Counted from the first letter of the stretch, positions 41,620-52,668 are shown. The stretch is 64,000 nt of DNA from Patescibacteria group bacterium (GCA_004297205.1 SCUL01000002.1:462647-526646), one strand, 5' to 3'. Translations and numbers: made by a program. The notes: a model not told the origin generated them from the sequence alone.

Positions 41620-43884
41620 ATGTACCTCGAGCAGCTCCACATCCAGGGCTTCAAATCCTTCGCCCAGGCCTCCCGCCTGGACTTTTTGGGTCCCGAACAA
41701 AAGACCAAGGGCATCACCACGATCGTCGGGCCGAACGGCTCCGGCAAGAGCAACGTGGCCGACGCCATCCGCTGGGTGCTCGGCGAGCAGTCCATGAAGC
41801 TCCTACGCGGCAAAAAGTCGGAAGACGTGATCTTCGCCGGCTCGGATAAAAAGGCCCGCTCCGGCTTCGCCGAAGTCACGATGCGCCTCTTGAACGAGGG
41901 CCGTTCGGCCGAGCTCGACTACCCGGAAGTCGAAATCACGCGGCGGCTGTACCGCGACGGCGAATCCGAGTACCTGCTGAATAAAAACAAGGTCCGACTC
42001 CAGGACATCCAGCTGATCCTCGCCAAAGCCAACTTCGGCGAGCGGCACTACGCCGTGATCGGCCAAGGCATGATCGACTCGCTGCTCGCGCTGTCCGCCG
42101 AGGAACGCCGCGACTTCTTTGACGAGGCCTCCGGGGTGAAGCCGCTGCAAATCAAAAAGCAGCAGTCCATCCAGAAGCTGGCGCTGGCCGAAGAAAACCT
42201 GACGCAGACCACCACGCTCCTTGCCGAAATCGAACCGCGCCTGCGCTCGTTGGCCCGCCAAGTGAAACGGCTTGAAGAGCGCGGCAGCCTCGAGGAAGAA
42301 CTGCACGGACTCCAGCACGTTTGGTACGGCGGCCAATGGCGCGCACTCACGGCGAGCCTCGACGAGGTCCGCGGCCGGCTCGCGAAGCAGGAAGCGCAGC
42401 TCACCGCCAAAGCCGGTGAAGCGGAGACGCTGCGACGCGGTTTCCAGGACATGGAAAAGGAAGAAACCGCGACCGGCGCGGCGCTCAAAGTCCAACAGGA
42501 ACTCTCCGCCCTATTCTCCGAACAAAGCACGCTGCGCGACAAGCAGCTCAAATTCGACACGGCGATCGCCCGCGCCCGCGCCGAGGCTACCGTCACGACG
42601 CCACTGCCGCTCTCCAAAATCATCAGCGAACTGCAGGGCATCGTCGACGGACAGGCCAAGCTCGTGGAGAAGATCCAGAAGGTGAAGGATTTGGACGCGC
42701 TCGCCGCCATCCAGAAAGAACTGGCCGCGACGTCCGAGCGCACCCGCGAACTGCTCGACAAGCTGGAGCGGCCGCCAAAGTCCGAAAAACCCGACGCTGT
42801 TGATCCGAAGACCTTGGCCGACCTCGCCATCGTCCAGAAGGAAGTAGCGGAGGTCGCCGCGCGGATTGCGGCGGCCCAGAAGAAGCTCGTCTCGGCCGGT
42901 GCCGAGGAATCGTCCAAAAAGGGCGCCGTCTTCGCCAAACAGCGGGAGCTGGCCGCCAAGCAGCAGGAGCTCCACCAGCTGGAGTCCGCCGCCAACCAGA
43001 TCCGCGTCGACTTGGCGCGTCTGGAAACCCGCCGCGAGGCGCTGGAACAAGAAATGACGGTCGAGCTCAAGGAGCGCGCCGAGCGGGTCCGCGCCGAAGC
43101 CGCGGCGCTTCCGGAGGGTCCGCTCGACGGGGAGCTTGGAGCGCGCATCCAGAAGCTGAAGTACTCGCTGGAGCTGATCGGCGGCATCGATCCGGAAGTC
43201 GTGAAGGAATACCAGGAGACCAACGACCGCTTCACGTTCCTCTCAACGCAGAGCGAGGACCTGCGCCTGTCGATCGAGAATCTGGAGAAAGCCATCATCG
43301 AACTCGAGGGGCTCGTTGAAGAACGTTTTGTCACGGCCTTCGATGCCATCAACGCCAACTTCGACCGCTACTTCAAGATTCTGTTCAACGGCGGCCAGGC
43401 CAAACTCACGAAGACCGTGCAGAAAGAGGAAGATGCGGAGACGGAATCAGACGTCCTTGAGGAGGAGATCGAAGAAAAACCCAAGACCATCGCGGAGAAA
43501 TTCCGGGAACAGAAGTACGTCATCGACATCAGCGCCAACCCGCCGGGCAAGAAAGTCAAAAATCTGACCATGCTCTCCGGCGGCGAGCGGGCGCTGACCG
43601 CGATCGCGCTGATCTGCGCCATCATCTCCACCAATCCGCCGCCGTTCGTGGTGCTCGACGAAGTCGACGCCGCGCTCGACGAATCCAACTCGGTGCGCTT
43701 CGCCACCATCGTCGACGAACTCTCCCACCGCTCCCAGTTCGTGGTCATCACCCACAACCGCTACACCATGGAGAAGTCGTCCGTCTTGTACGGCGTCTCG
43801 ATGGGCGAAGACGGCGCCTCGCGGCTCTTGTCCGTAAAGATGGAAGACGTCCTCAAAGGACACGGCGCCAAACAACCGGTGTAA
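41620..43884 (+). CDS. smc: SMC-like chromosome segregation ATPase, short form (755 aa) apparently lacking the hinge domain.
   Basis: N-terminus MYLEQLHIQGFKSF..IVGPNGSGKSNVADAIRWVLGEQS; C-terminus LSGGERALTAIALICAI (signature) and FVVLDEVDAALD (Walker B). The middle is continuous coiled coil with no Gly-rich hinge motif. Confidence 0.75.
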   Translation: MYLEQLHIQGFKSFAQASRLDFLGPEQKTKGITTIVGPNGSGKSNVADAIRWVLGEQSMKLLRGKKSEDVIFAGSDKKARSGFAEVTMRLLNEGRSAELDYPEVEITRRLYRDGESEYLLNKNKVRLQDIQLILAKANFGERHYAVIGQGMIDSLLALSAEERRDFFDEASGVKPLQIKKQQSIQKLALAEENLTQTTTLLAEIEPRLRSLARQVKRLEERGSLEEELHGLQHVWYGGQWRALTASLDEVRGRLAKQEAQLTAKAGEAETLRRGFQDMEKEETATGAALKVQQELSALFSEQSTLRDKQLKFDTAIARARAEATVTTPLPLSKIISELQGIVDGQAKLVEKIQKVKDLDALAAIQKELAATSERTRELLDKLERPPKSEKPDAVDPKTLADLAIVQKEVAEVAARIAAAQKKLVSAGAEESSKKGAVFAKQRELAAKQQELHQLESAANQIRVDLARLETRREALEQEMTVELKERAERVRAEAAALPEGPLDGELGARIQKLKYSLELIGGIDPEVVKEYQETNDRFTFLSTQSEDLRLSIENLEKAIIELEGLVEERFVTAFDAINANFDRYFKILFNGGQAKLTKTVQKEEDAETESDVLEEEIEEKPKTIAEKFREQKYVIDISANPPGKKVKNLTMLSGGERALTAIALICAIISTNPPPFVVLDEVDAALDESNSVRFATIVDELSHRSQFVVITHNRYTMEKSSVLYGVSMGEDGASRLLSVKMEDVLKGHGAKQPV

Positions 43885-43950
43885 AAAAGAGACCCCGCCG
43901 TCGTCCTCACATGGAGGAAGGGTGGCGGGGTTTTGCGTTTGTCGCGGCCG

Positions 43951-44358
43951 TCAGCGGCGCGCGGACGCGGGTTGCGGCGGGGGCGGCCCCTGCCGTTCGA
44001 TGATCTCGTCGCGGAGCACCCGGATGGCATCCCGGGTGTCCCAGGCGGGGTCCGCGCTTCCGGATTCCGTCGCGGCCACCGCTTCCCGGTAGCGCGTCCA
44101 GAAGTCCGTGCGGCGGCTCTCCCCCAGGGAATCGCCGCAGCGCTCACAGTACTCGCAGCCCGGATCGGCCGCGAAAGACACGATCAGTCCACCGTGGCAC
44201 GCGCTCAGCGCGTCCGTGCGGAAGGCGATTCCCCGTCGCGCGAGCGCCGTACGCGCGCGGACGGATTCCGGATTTGCCGACAGATACCGGTACAGCGCCC
44301 GGCCGCAGAACGCGAGCACCGCCGCGCCTGCCAGACAGCCGACCACCAGCGTCGCCAT
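43951..44358 (-). CDS. Hypothetical membrane-anchored protein.
   Basis: 135-aa ORF with an N-terminal hydrophobic helix; Cys-rich mid region. Confidence 0.4.
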   Translation of the reverse strand: MATLVVGCLAGAAVLAFCGRALYRYLSANPESVRARTALARRGIAFRTDALSACHGGLIVSFAADPGCEYCERCGDSLGESRRTDFWTRYREAVAATESGSADPAWDTRDAIRVLRDEIIERQGPPPPQPASARR

Positions 44359-44439
44359 GCTCTTCTTCTCTCCTCTCCTCCGGACACGTGCCTGGAGGTG
44401 CCCAAGAAGATACCCTGGAATCGCCCCCGCGTCAACCCT

Positions 44440-44468
44440 TGACGCTTCGGCCCGGCTTCCCTATAGTG
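44440..44468 (+). promoter_or_regulatory. Sigma70 promoter of the rpsP operon, with a structured leader.
   Basis: TTGACG-17nt-TATAGT. The ~90-nt leader contains the CCCCGCTCAGCGGGG palindrome and the hairpin ggcgg-cgctca-ccgcc. Confidence 0.5.
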
Positions 44469-44559
44469 CAGGCGCTGCATCGACCCCGCTCAGCGGGGCA
44501 AGACGCCACGGCGGCGCTCACCGCCTAACGCGTCGCATCTACATCTAACATCATCAGGC

Positions 44560-44919
44560 ATGCTGACCATCCGCTTGTCCCGCGTGGGCAAGAAGAAGCA
44601 GCCGTCCTACCGGCTGATCGTCTCCGAGAAGGCCCGCGACCCCTGGGGTAAGGCCACCGAGATCCTCGGTTCCTACGATCCCCGCACCAAAAAGGCCGCG
44701 CTCAACGCCGAGCGCATCGCCTACTGGCGCAGCCAGGGCGCGCAGCTCTCCGACTCCGTCTGGAACCTGCTCCTCAAGGAAAAAATCGTCGAAGGCACGA
44801 CCCGCAACGTGGTCGCCAAGCTGAAGAGCAATCCGCCGAAGAAGGAAGAACCCAAAGTCGAGGCCGCACCGGCCGAGGCCAAAGTCGAAGAAAAGAAAGA
44901 AGAAGCGCCCGCCGCATAA
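44560..44919 (+). CDS. rpsP: 30S ribosomal protein S16.
   Basis: MLTIRLSRVGKKKQPSYRLIVSEKARDPWGK. Confidence 0.9.
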   Translation: MLTIRLSRVGKKKQPSYRLIVSEKARDPWGKATEILGSYDPRTKKAALNAERIAYWRSQGAQLSDSVWNLLLKEKIVEGTTRNVVAKLKSNPPKKEEPKVEAAPAEAKVEEKKEEAPAA

Positions 44920-44996
44920 GACCCCGACACCGCGCTTTACTGGCGCGGTGTCGCTGTTATACTGGGTGCGTGGTACTTCACACCTAACCCCGCTGT

Positions 44997-45347
44997 ATGG
45001 CTGAGAAGGATCAGGAGTTCGTGGAATACATGGTCCGGAGCATTGTGAATCACCCCGACGATGTCCGCGCCGAGCGGACCATCGACGAGCGCGGCGTGCT
45101 CATCACGCTGCACGTCAACCCGGAGGACATGGGCTATGTCATCGGCCGTGAGGGCCAGACGGCCCGCTCGCTGCGCACCCTGCTGCGCATCGTCGGTGCC
45201 AAGTCGAACGCCCGCGTGAACCTCAAAATTTACGAGCCGGAAGAAGCGCGCCAGGCCCGCATGGCCGAACGGGGGCCCCGCCCGGGCGCCGCAAGCGACG
45301 ACGCCAACCGCCCCGACTTCTCCGCGCTCGATGATTTGAAGATCTGA
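44997..45347 (+). CDS. KH-domain RNA-binding protein (YlqC/UPF0109 family).
   Basis: KH motif VIGREGQTARSLRTLL; conserved position after rpsP. Confidence 0.8.
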   Translation: MAEKDQEFVEYMVRSIVNHPDDVRAERTIDERGVLITLHVNPEDMGYVIGREGQTARSLRTLLRIVGAKSNARVNLKIYEPEEARQARMAERGPRPGAASDDANRPDFSALDDLKI

Positions 45348-45976
45348 AGCGCTTCACCGTCATCACCCTCTTCCCGGAGATCGTCGCCGCCTACGCCGGC
45401 GAGAGCATCCTAAAACGCGCCGCAGCCAACAAGCTGCTGGCGCTTTCGGCTGTGCAGCTGCGCGACTTCGCCCGGGACAAGCATCGCCGCGCCGACGACA
45501 AGCCGTTCGGCGGCGGCCCCGGCATGGTGCTGATGGTCGAACCGATCGACCGCGCCTTGAAGTCGGTGCTGGGCACGAAAAAGAAAAAGACCCGCGTCAT
45601 CCTGACCTCCGCCCGCGGCACCGTGTTCACCCAGGCGGATGCCAGGCGCCTCGCGAAGTACGACCACGTCGTCTTCATCTGCGGCCGCTATGAAGGAGTC
45701 GATGAACGCGTCGCCGAACACCTGGCCGACGAAGAGCTTTCGATCGGGCCGTACGTGCTTACGGGAGGCGAACTGCCGGCCCTCGTCATGACCGATGCCA
45801 TCGCCCGCCAGATTCCGGGCGTGCTCGGCAAGGGCGAGTCGCTTGAAGAAGCCCACGGCAGCTTCCCGCAGTACACCCGGCCCGAGAAGTACAAAAAATG
45901 GAAGGTGCCGCCGGTGCTCCTCTCCGGCGACCACAAAAAGATCGCCGAGTGGCGCAAGAAGGGGGATCGGCCGTAA
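45344..45976 (+). CDS. trmD: tRNA (guanine37-N1)-methyltransferase TrmD; start apparently a non-canonical CTG overlapping the KH stop (ATCTGAAG).
   Basis: Conserved N-terminus KRFTVITLFPEIVAAYAGESILKRA is in-frame upstream of the first canonical start (GTG 45452). An in-frame TGA at 45332 leaves only CTG 45344 as the initiator. SPOUT-knot motifs VFICGRYEGVDERV and GGELPALVMTDAIARQIPGVLG. Confidence 0.7.
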   Translation: MKRFTVITLFPEIVAAYAGESILKRAAANKLLALSAVQLRDFARDKHRRADDKPFGGGPGMVLMVEPIDRALKSVLGTKKKKTRVILTSARGTVFTQADARRLAKYDHVVFICGRYEGVDERVAEHLADEELSIGPYVLTGGELPALVMTDAIARQIPGVLGKGESLEEAHGSFPQYTRPEKYKKWKVPPVLLSGDHKKIAEWRKKGDRP

Positions 45977-45979
45977 CGT

Positions 45980-46591
45980 ATGCCGACCCCCGTTCCGTGT
46001 ATCGCATTCAGCGGGGCTCCCTGCACGGGTAAGACCACGTCCATCACCGCGATCAAGAGAGTATTTGGTGATGCGGTCTGCTGCATTCCCGAAGCAGCAA
46101 CGTTCGTGATCGGCCAAGCGGGTTTTCTGCCACCGTCGTCCATTGAGGAAAATCGGCTGTACGTGCGGGCAATGTCTCACGCGCGCATGGCTTTGGAAGA
46201 CATGGCGCAGACGCATGCTCGATCGTCGGGCGCTCAATTCATCGTTGCGGATCGTGCGGTTTTGGATGCGGCACCCTATCTGCCGGGTGGCCGCGACGAA
46301 CTCGCTGAGCTCCTTGAAACGACCGTCCAGGAACTCTTTCAACGGTATGCGACGGTTCTCTTCTTCGAACCGCCGACCAAAGAGATATTCGATGCGGGTC
46401 GAGCGGCGAATCCCGCGCGCTCGGACACCTACGAAGGCATTCAGCGCCTGACCGAGCAAACACGTGCGGCATGGACCGGACATCCCTCTTTTCAAAAGAT
46501 TCCCGCGACAGCAATTTGGAACGACAAGTACGCCCTCGTTGAATCAATCATCCGCGACAACCTGAATAAAAAAGAGGCCGGTCCCGCTTAG
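45980..46591 (+). CDS. P-loop NTPase of unknown function (AAA_28/NadR-like ATPase fold).
   Basis: Walker A FSGAPCTGKTTS; GC slightly lower than flanks. Occupies the slot where rplS usually follows trmD. Confidence 0.55.
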   Translation: MPTPVPCIAFSGAPCTGKTTSITAIKRVFGDAVCCIPEAATFVIGQAGFLPPSSIEENRLYVRAMSHARMALEDMAQTHARSSGAQFIVADRAVLDAAPYLPGGRDELAELLETTVQELFQRYATVLFFEPPTKEIFDAGRAANPARSDTYEGIQRLTEQTRAAWTGHPSFQKIPATAIWNDKYALVESIIRDNLNKKEAGPA

Positions 46592-46632
46592 CGGGATCGG
46601 CCGCGTCGTTTCCCGTTGCCGGGAAGCGGCGC

Positions 46633-47022
46633 TCAGGCCACGACCCGCACCCACTGCAGGCGCGCTCCGCGCCAGAGGCGGAAACGATCCACCGCGAAGG
46701 TGTTCGCCGGATCCGGCCGGTCGCCGTCTCCGATCACGTCGCCGTCCACCATGTATTGGTACGCGCCCTCGTCGTAGCCGCGGATACCGCGCACCAGAAT
46801 CGCACCGCGAACCTCGACCGTGTGCACGTCGTACGCGCCGGGGTAGGCGGTGTGCGTCAGCTCGAGCACCGTTTCGCCGCCGGACGCGACGAGCTCGGGC
46901 CCGACCGCCTCGTAGCGGGTGGCACAGCCGGGCAGGATGCGCGCCGCCACGACCGCGCCGATCCAACCGAACACCGCGCCCATGAATCCCCGCCGTGTTA
47001 CCGGCGGCTTCTCCGTTTCCAT
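46633..47022 (-). CDS. Tat-signal secreted protein, hypothetical.
   Basis: Twin-arginine motif VTRRGFMGAVFGWIGAVVAA. Confidence 0.5.
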   Translation of the reverse strand: METEKPPVTRRGFMGAVFGWIGAVVAARILPGCATRYEAVGPELVASGGETVLELTHTAYPGAYDVHTVEVRGAILVRGIRGYDEGAYQYMVDGDVIGDGDRPDPANTFAVDRFRLWRGARLQWVRVVA

Positions 47023-47150
47023 CGCATTTCTCCTCTCGGGTGCCGCCTATTGTACGAGCATCATCACTGCCGCATCAAGCCCCCGATATGCCGGGAAAAA
47101 TTGCCGAAAAACCCTGTGGATAAGCCAAAAAACCGATCCCCCTCCCCGCT

Positions 47151-47179
47151 CTTGACAGCTTTTCGGCACTTCCGTACTA
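47151..47179 (+). promoter_or_regulatory. rRNA promoter with upstream A-rich element and boxB/boxA-like leader.
   Basis: TTGACA-17nt-TACTAT; A-tracts upstream; leader hairpin aagagccttttcgggctcttt followed by the boxA-like GCTCTTTGTGTGG. Confidence 0.55.
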
Positions 47180-47370
47180 TACGGCCACAAAACAAGAGCC
47201 TTTTCGGGCTCTTTGTGTGGTCATGAACAACTGAAGACCATTGCCCAATAGTCAGCCATGGAGGCATCGTGCTTTTCATGGTTGCAACGTCTGTCCGAAG
47301 AGTCGCAAGACTCTTCAATTCAACAGATCTCCAAATAGAGCTATCAGCTCTCGAAACCGGCTTGCCGGTT

Positions 47371-48866
<1,496 letters not shown>

Positions 48867-49140
48867 CTAGGGAGTGTTATTCTACTCTTCGGGGTATGAA
48901 TCATTTCCGTCGAACTCGCTGCGCAGTGCAGCGGGTATAGGACGTTGCAACCATAAAGGGCATGAACAAACGCCGGCCGAAAGGCCGGCGTTTTGATTGG
49001 CCAAGGCCCTTGCCAGGAATCGCCTTTTCCCCTACAGTATCCGGGCAAAACAGACATACGGCGTGGATCGTCGCTTCGCTCCGATGCACGCCCGTCGTCC
49101 GTTCGGCTTCCGAAAGCGAGCTTTCGAAGCCTCACTCCCT

Positions 49141-49217
49141 AGGGCGTGTAGCTCAGTTGGTTAGAGCGTTACACTGATAATGTAAAGGTCGATGGTTCGA
49201 CTCCATCCACGCCCACC
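49141..49217 (+). tRNA. tRNA-Ile (anticodon GAU) in the 16S-downstream spacer; CCA encoded.
   Basis: GGGCGTGTAGCTCAGTTGGTTAGAGCG, anticodon loop CTGATAA, T-arm GGTTCGACTCC, 3' end CACGCCCACCA. Followed by the hairpin atcccccg-taaata-cgggggat (49218-49245). Confidence 0.85.
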
Positions 49218-49345
49218 AAAATCCCCCGTAAATACGGGGGATTTTGAATAGAGATGAATGGTTTCCCGCAAATCGCTGACCTCTGGTTGCCCTGGCTATG
49301 CCCCACTGTGATCAACACTGAGATGTTCTGAGCAGACTGATCGAA

Positions 49346-49555
49346 CTACTGCATCTGGTTCCTCCAGCCGGAGTCCCACTGCTTCGATATCCATACCTCG
49401 ACATCGTCCCGACGGAAGCGTCGTTGTCGGCCAAAGCGGTAGAAGGCAAGGTCTCCCTGAGCGATAAGGCGCTCGAGCGTCGCTCGTGACACGCGAATCA
49501 ATGTCGCGAGCTCGGGTGGAGTCAGAAATTCTGAAGAGCGCTGTTGATCCAGCAT
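49346..49555 (-). CDS. Excisionase/AlpA-like HTH DNA-binding protein (69 aa).
   Basis: LTPPELATLIRVSRATLERLIAQGDLAFYRFGRQRRFRRDDVEVWI. Confidence 0.6.
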   Translation of the reverse strand: MLDQQRSSEFLTPPELATLIRVSRATLERLIAQGDLAFYRFGRQRRFRRDDVEVWISKQWDSGWRNQMQ

Positions 49556-49834
49556 AGTGATCGGGCATCATCATGGTAGGAAGTGCGCCCCCACCCTGGA
49601 TGATCCAAAGAGCGGCGTCAACGCCATCGTGACCCGACCCCTTCAGAAATGCCGGAAACTCATGATATAAGCCTGAAGATTGTTGTTATGTCAGAAAGCG
49701 TCATTTCAAGCCGCCAATTCTAGATATCTGTTGGGCGGCGACATTCGACGTCTTCCAGACTTATATGATAGTATCACCGATGTCGTCCTATTCATTAGCT
49801 TTCTCGTGTGTCACGCGTCGTTCCCCTTATATCA

Positions 49835-50776
49835 ATGCGCCTTCGTCAGCAGTGGTTGCGCGAACTCGGCGGACTTCAGGCATTTTCGGTGAAAAACAAA
49901 GAGTGGCTTCCATTGCTTGAGGAAGACACGCGCCAGTCCCTGATGATCGAGGGCGAGTTTGTCGATCGACGGGAACTGAAGAACATACTTGAACGTCGAC
50001 CAACGCCGCTGAGCGCCAAAGCCCACAAGGTGCTCGGATACTTCGATGCGGCGAGCTTCAGCTACGAATTCGCGTTCCAGCAGTTTCGTACCGGCGAGTT
50101 CGCTCTGAGCAAGGCGCTGCTACTTCAGATACACGCCCTCATGTTCCGAAATGATCCGCACTTCGCATACACGCCGGGAGAGTGGCGGCGCGGCGACATC
50201 ACCATTACTGGTGCGCCCGTGCGACCACCACCCGCGCATCGAGTGCCTGGGATCATGGATCGCCTGCTCGATCTCGCCAACAAGGCGAAGAGGGACCCCC
50301 TGCGTATCGCTGCCGTCCTTCACGCGGTATTCGAGCACGTCCATCCGTTTCCGGACGGCAACGGACGCGTTGGGAGGATCCTCCTCAACTTCATTCTCAT
50401 TGCGCACGGCTTGCCGAACATCGCCATCAAGGGAATGGAGGCGGAGCGGTCTGACTACGTCGCGGCGTTGGAGGAGGCGGATCCGGTTGTCGCGGACGTA
50501 CTTCGTGGTAGGCGGCCGTGGACATTCCTGCTCCAACACCCGTTCCTGCATCTCGAGGAGATTCTCAATCACGATCTCGCGGTTGCCATGGATTCCATCG
50601 TCTGTCCGCGCTTTGAGGAGAAGCGTGCGCCCTTGATGACGCTTGAGGAAGTCGCCAGGCAGACGAGCAGGAAGCTCCCCTCGTTTCAGACAGCCTGTTC
50701 TCAAAAAAAGTACATCTCAATCAAGCGCGGCCGAAGCCGCGTGACGCATCCGCTCCTTCTTCAAAAGCCGCGGTAG
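49835..50776 (+). CDS. fic: Fic/Doc family protein (AMPylator-type Fido domain).
   Basis: Fic motif HPFPDGNGRVGR. Start at ATG 49835 (MRLRQQW); the track start at 49808 is GTG. Followed by a terminator-like hairpin at 50809-50845. Confidence 0.8.
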   Translation: MRLRQQWLRELGGLQAFSVKNKEWLPLLEEDTRQSLMIEGEFVDRRELKNILERRPTPLSAKAHKVLGYFDAASFSYEFAFQQFRTGEFALSKALLLQIHALMFRNDPHFAYTPGEWRRGDITITGAPVRPPPAHRVPGIMDRLLDLANKAKRDPLRIAAVLHAVFEHVHPFPDGNGRVGRILLNFILIAHGLPNIAIKGMEAERSDYVAALEEADPVVADVLRGRRPWTFLLQHPFLHLEEILNHDLAVAMDSIVCPRFEEKRAPLMTLEEVARQTSRKLPSFQTACSQKKYISIKRGRSRVTHPLLLQKPR

Positions 50777-51042
50777 TGTCCGAACGGAGTGACCGGAATA
50801 ACAGAACAACTCCCCCATTACTGGAAGAGTTGTTCTATCGGCCGCACCTCTGCCCGCCCGTACGTAAGGCGTGCAATGTATGCAGGGCAGCGTTTATCCC
50901 TGGTACCTGTTGACCGGACGTTGCCCACGCCGTGACAGGGTGAGTAAGTGTCGAGTCACCAGAGACGCCGCCGACCTTATGATTCCAGGCTCTTCTGCGA
51001 CCTGCAAGAGACTGGAGTGATCCCAGAATCACGCTTACCCGG

Positions 51043-51067
51043 GGTTCGACTCCATCCACGCCCACCA
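51043..51067 (+). repeat. attR-like direct repeat of the tRNA-Ile 3' end.
   Basis: Identical 25 nt to 49193-49217. Confidence 0.7.
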
Positions 51068-51118
51068 GAAAAGCGCCTCTCTTCGGAGAGGCGCTTTTCT
51101 TTGATACAGTATCGGCAT

Positions 51119-51685
51119 ATGCGCCTCACCCCTTTGCTTTCGGTCCTATCCACGATCACGCTGGTCGGGGCAGGTTGTTTCCCCTCGACGCCGGCCATCA
51201 CTTCCTTCGAGGAGTGCGCCGCGGCGGGCAACCCCGTCATGGAATCGTATCCGCGCCAATGCCGCACCCCGGACGGCCGAAGCTTCACCGAAGAAGTCTC
51301 GCCGCCTCCCTCGCTCGGCCTGTGGGCGGAGCCCAACGGCATCGTCGTGACGGATCAGCAACCGGGCGCAAGCGTCACGATTTCTGCAATCATCATGGAG
51401 AAGGCTGGTTGGATCGTCATTCATAAAGAAGCCGCTGGCAAGCCCGGTGTCGTGATCGGTGAGGCGCGTCTCGTGGCCGGCGAGAGCAGCCAGATCAAGG
51501 TGTCGCTGCGGGAGGCGACCCTCGAGGGCATGGGGTATTACGCCATGCTGCACATGGACGACGGCGACGGCCGCTTCAACATTGCCAAAGACGCCCCGGT
51601 ACGCAGCTCCGTGCTTGATGGAATCATCATGGCGCGGTTCGAGGCCTCGGCCGAGGCGGGTGAACCGCCGGTCGTCAATCCGTAA
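51119..51685 (+). CDS. Putative lipoprotein/secreted protein, hypothetical.
   Basis: Signal peptide MRLTPLLSVLSTITLVGAGC (Cys at the lipobox position). Real part of track ORF 50948..51685. Confidence 0.5.
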   Translation: MRLTPLLSVLSTITLVGAGCFPSTPAITSFEECAAAGNPVMESYPRQCRTPDGRSFTEEVSPPPSLGLWAEPNGIVVTDQQPGASVTISAIIMEKAGWIVIHKEAAGKPGVVIGEARLVAGESSQIKVSLREATLEGMGYYAMLHMDDGDGRFNIAKDAPVRSSVLDGIIMARFEASAEAGEPPVVNP

Positions 51686-51905
51686 CACGCGTCACTTGCG
51701 TGATCTGCGGGGACATGTGAGGATCCCTGCATGTTGGTCACCCAAGCCATCGCCACTTGGTCCGGCTTCGCCCGCGCCGCCCGCTCCTGACCGGGCAGCG
51801 GCCGCGCTTTGATCGCCAAAGCCCTGGAATCCGCCCTGCTCGGGCGGATTTTCTTTTTATTCATCTGCCACGGGTTGCTGCGGCCTTCCCTCTCTCGCTG
51901 ATCCT

Positions 51906-52610
51906 ATGATCGTCCGCGCCATCAAGACACGCGTGTTCCTTGAAGGTGAAAACGTGCACCATTTCATCGCGGAGCATGTCCGCCTGCTGCACGAGCGATC
52001 CATCCTCGTCGTCACCTCGAAGATCGTCGCGCTCGCGGAAGGGCGGACCGCCACGCCCGCATCCGAAGAAGAGAAGGCGGCTCTGATCCGCAGCGAGAGC
52101 TCGTTGGCCATTCCGACCACCTACTGTTGGCTGACCGTTCGGGACGGCATGGTCATGCCCTCCGCGGGAGTGGACGAGTCGAACGGCAACGGCAAAACGA
52201 TCCTTCTCCCGCGTGACAGCTACGTCGCCGCCTCGGCACTGCGGGAAACACTGCTCAAAACATGCAAGTTACGGCATCTTGGCGTGCTCGTGACGGACAG
52301 CCGGACGCTTCCGCTGCGCGCCGGCGTCACCGGCGTCGCCATGGGCTATGCCGGTTTTCGCGGCATTCGCGACTACCGCGGCAAGCCGGATATCTTCGGG
52401 CGTCTCCTGCGCATGTCGAGAACCAACGTGGCCGACAGCTTGGCGGCCGCCGCGGTGCTGCTGATGGGTGAAGGCGCGGAGCAACAGCCACTTGCCATCG
52501 TGGAAGATGCTCCGGTGGAGTTCAGCGACATCGTCGATCGCGGAGAACTGGCAATCGACATTCGTGATGACATGTATCGTCCATTGTTCACGAACATCGC
52601 TCACTCATGA
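51906..52610 (+). CDS. CofE-like F420-0:gamma-glutamyl ligase family protein.
   Basis: F420_ligase-family motifs SKIVALAEGR, GNGKTILLPRDS, VLVTDSRTLPLRAGVTGVAMGYAGF. Confidence 0.6.
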   Translation: MIVRAIKTRVFLEGENVHHFIAEHVRLLHERSILVVTSKIVALAEGRTATPASEEEKAALIRSESSLAIPTTYCWLTVRDGMVMPSAGVDESNGNGKTILLPRDSYVAASALRETLLKTCKLRHLGVLVTDSRTLPLRAGVTGVAMGYAGFRGIRDYRGKPDIFGRLLRMSRTNVADSLAAAAVLLMGEGAEQQPLAIVEDAPVEFSDIVDRGELAIDIRDDMYRPLFTNIAHS

Positions 52611-52640
52611 ACAATCTGTGGATAACTAGGTCGCTTTTTC

Positions 52641-52668
52641 TTGCTCTCACACTTCATCGTGCTACACT
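52641..52668 (+). promoter_or_regulatory. Putative promoter for the small basic peptide gene.
   Basis: TTGCTC-16nt-TACACT. Confidence 0.3.

Larger units (their letters stand above)
49193..51067 (+). mobile_element. Small low-GC integrated islet (Xis-like HTH plus Fic toxin-like gene) at the 3' end of tRNA-Ile, bounded by a 25-bp direct repeat; no integrase present.
   Basis: GC drops to ~45% between 49250 and 51040. Exact 25-nt repeat ggttcgactccatccacgcccacca at 49193-49217 (tRNA 3' end) and 51043-51067. High-GC core genes resume after a terminator at 51068-51100. Confidence 0.55.
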
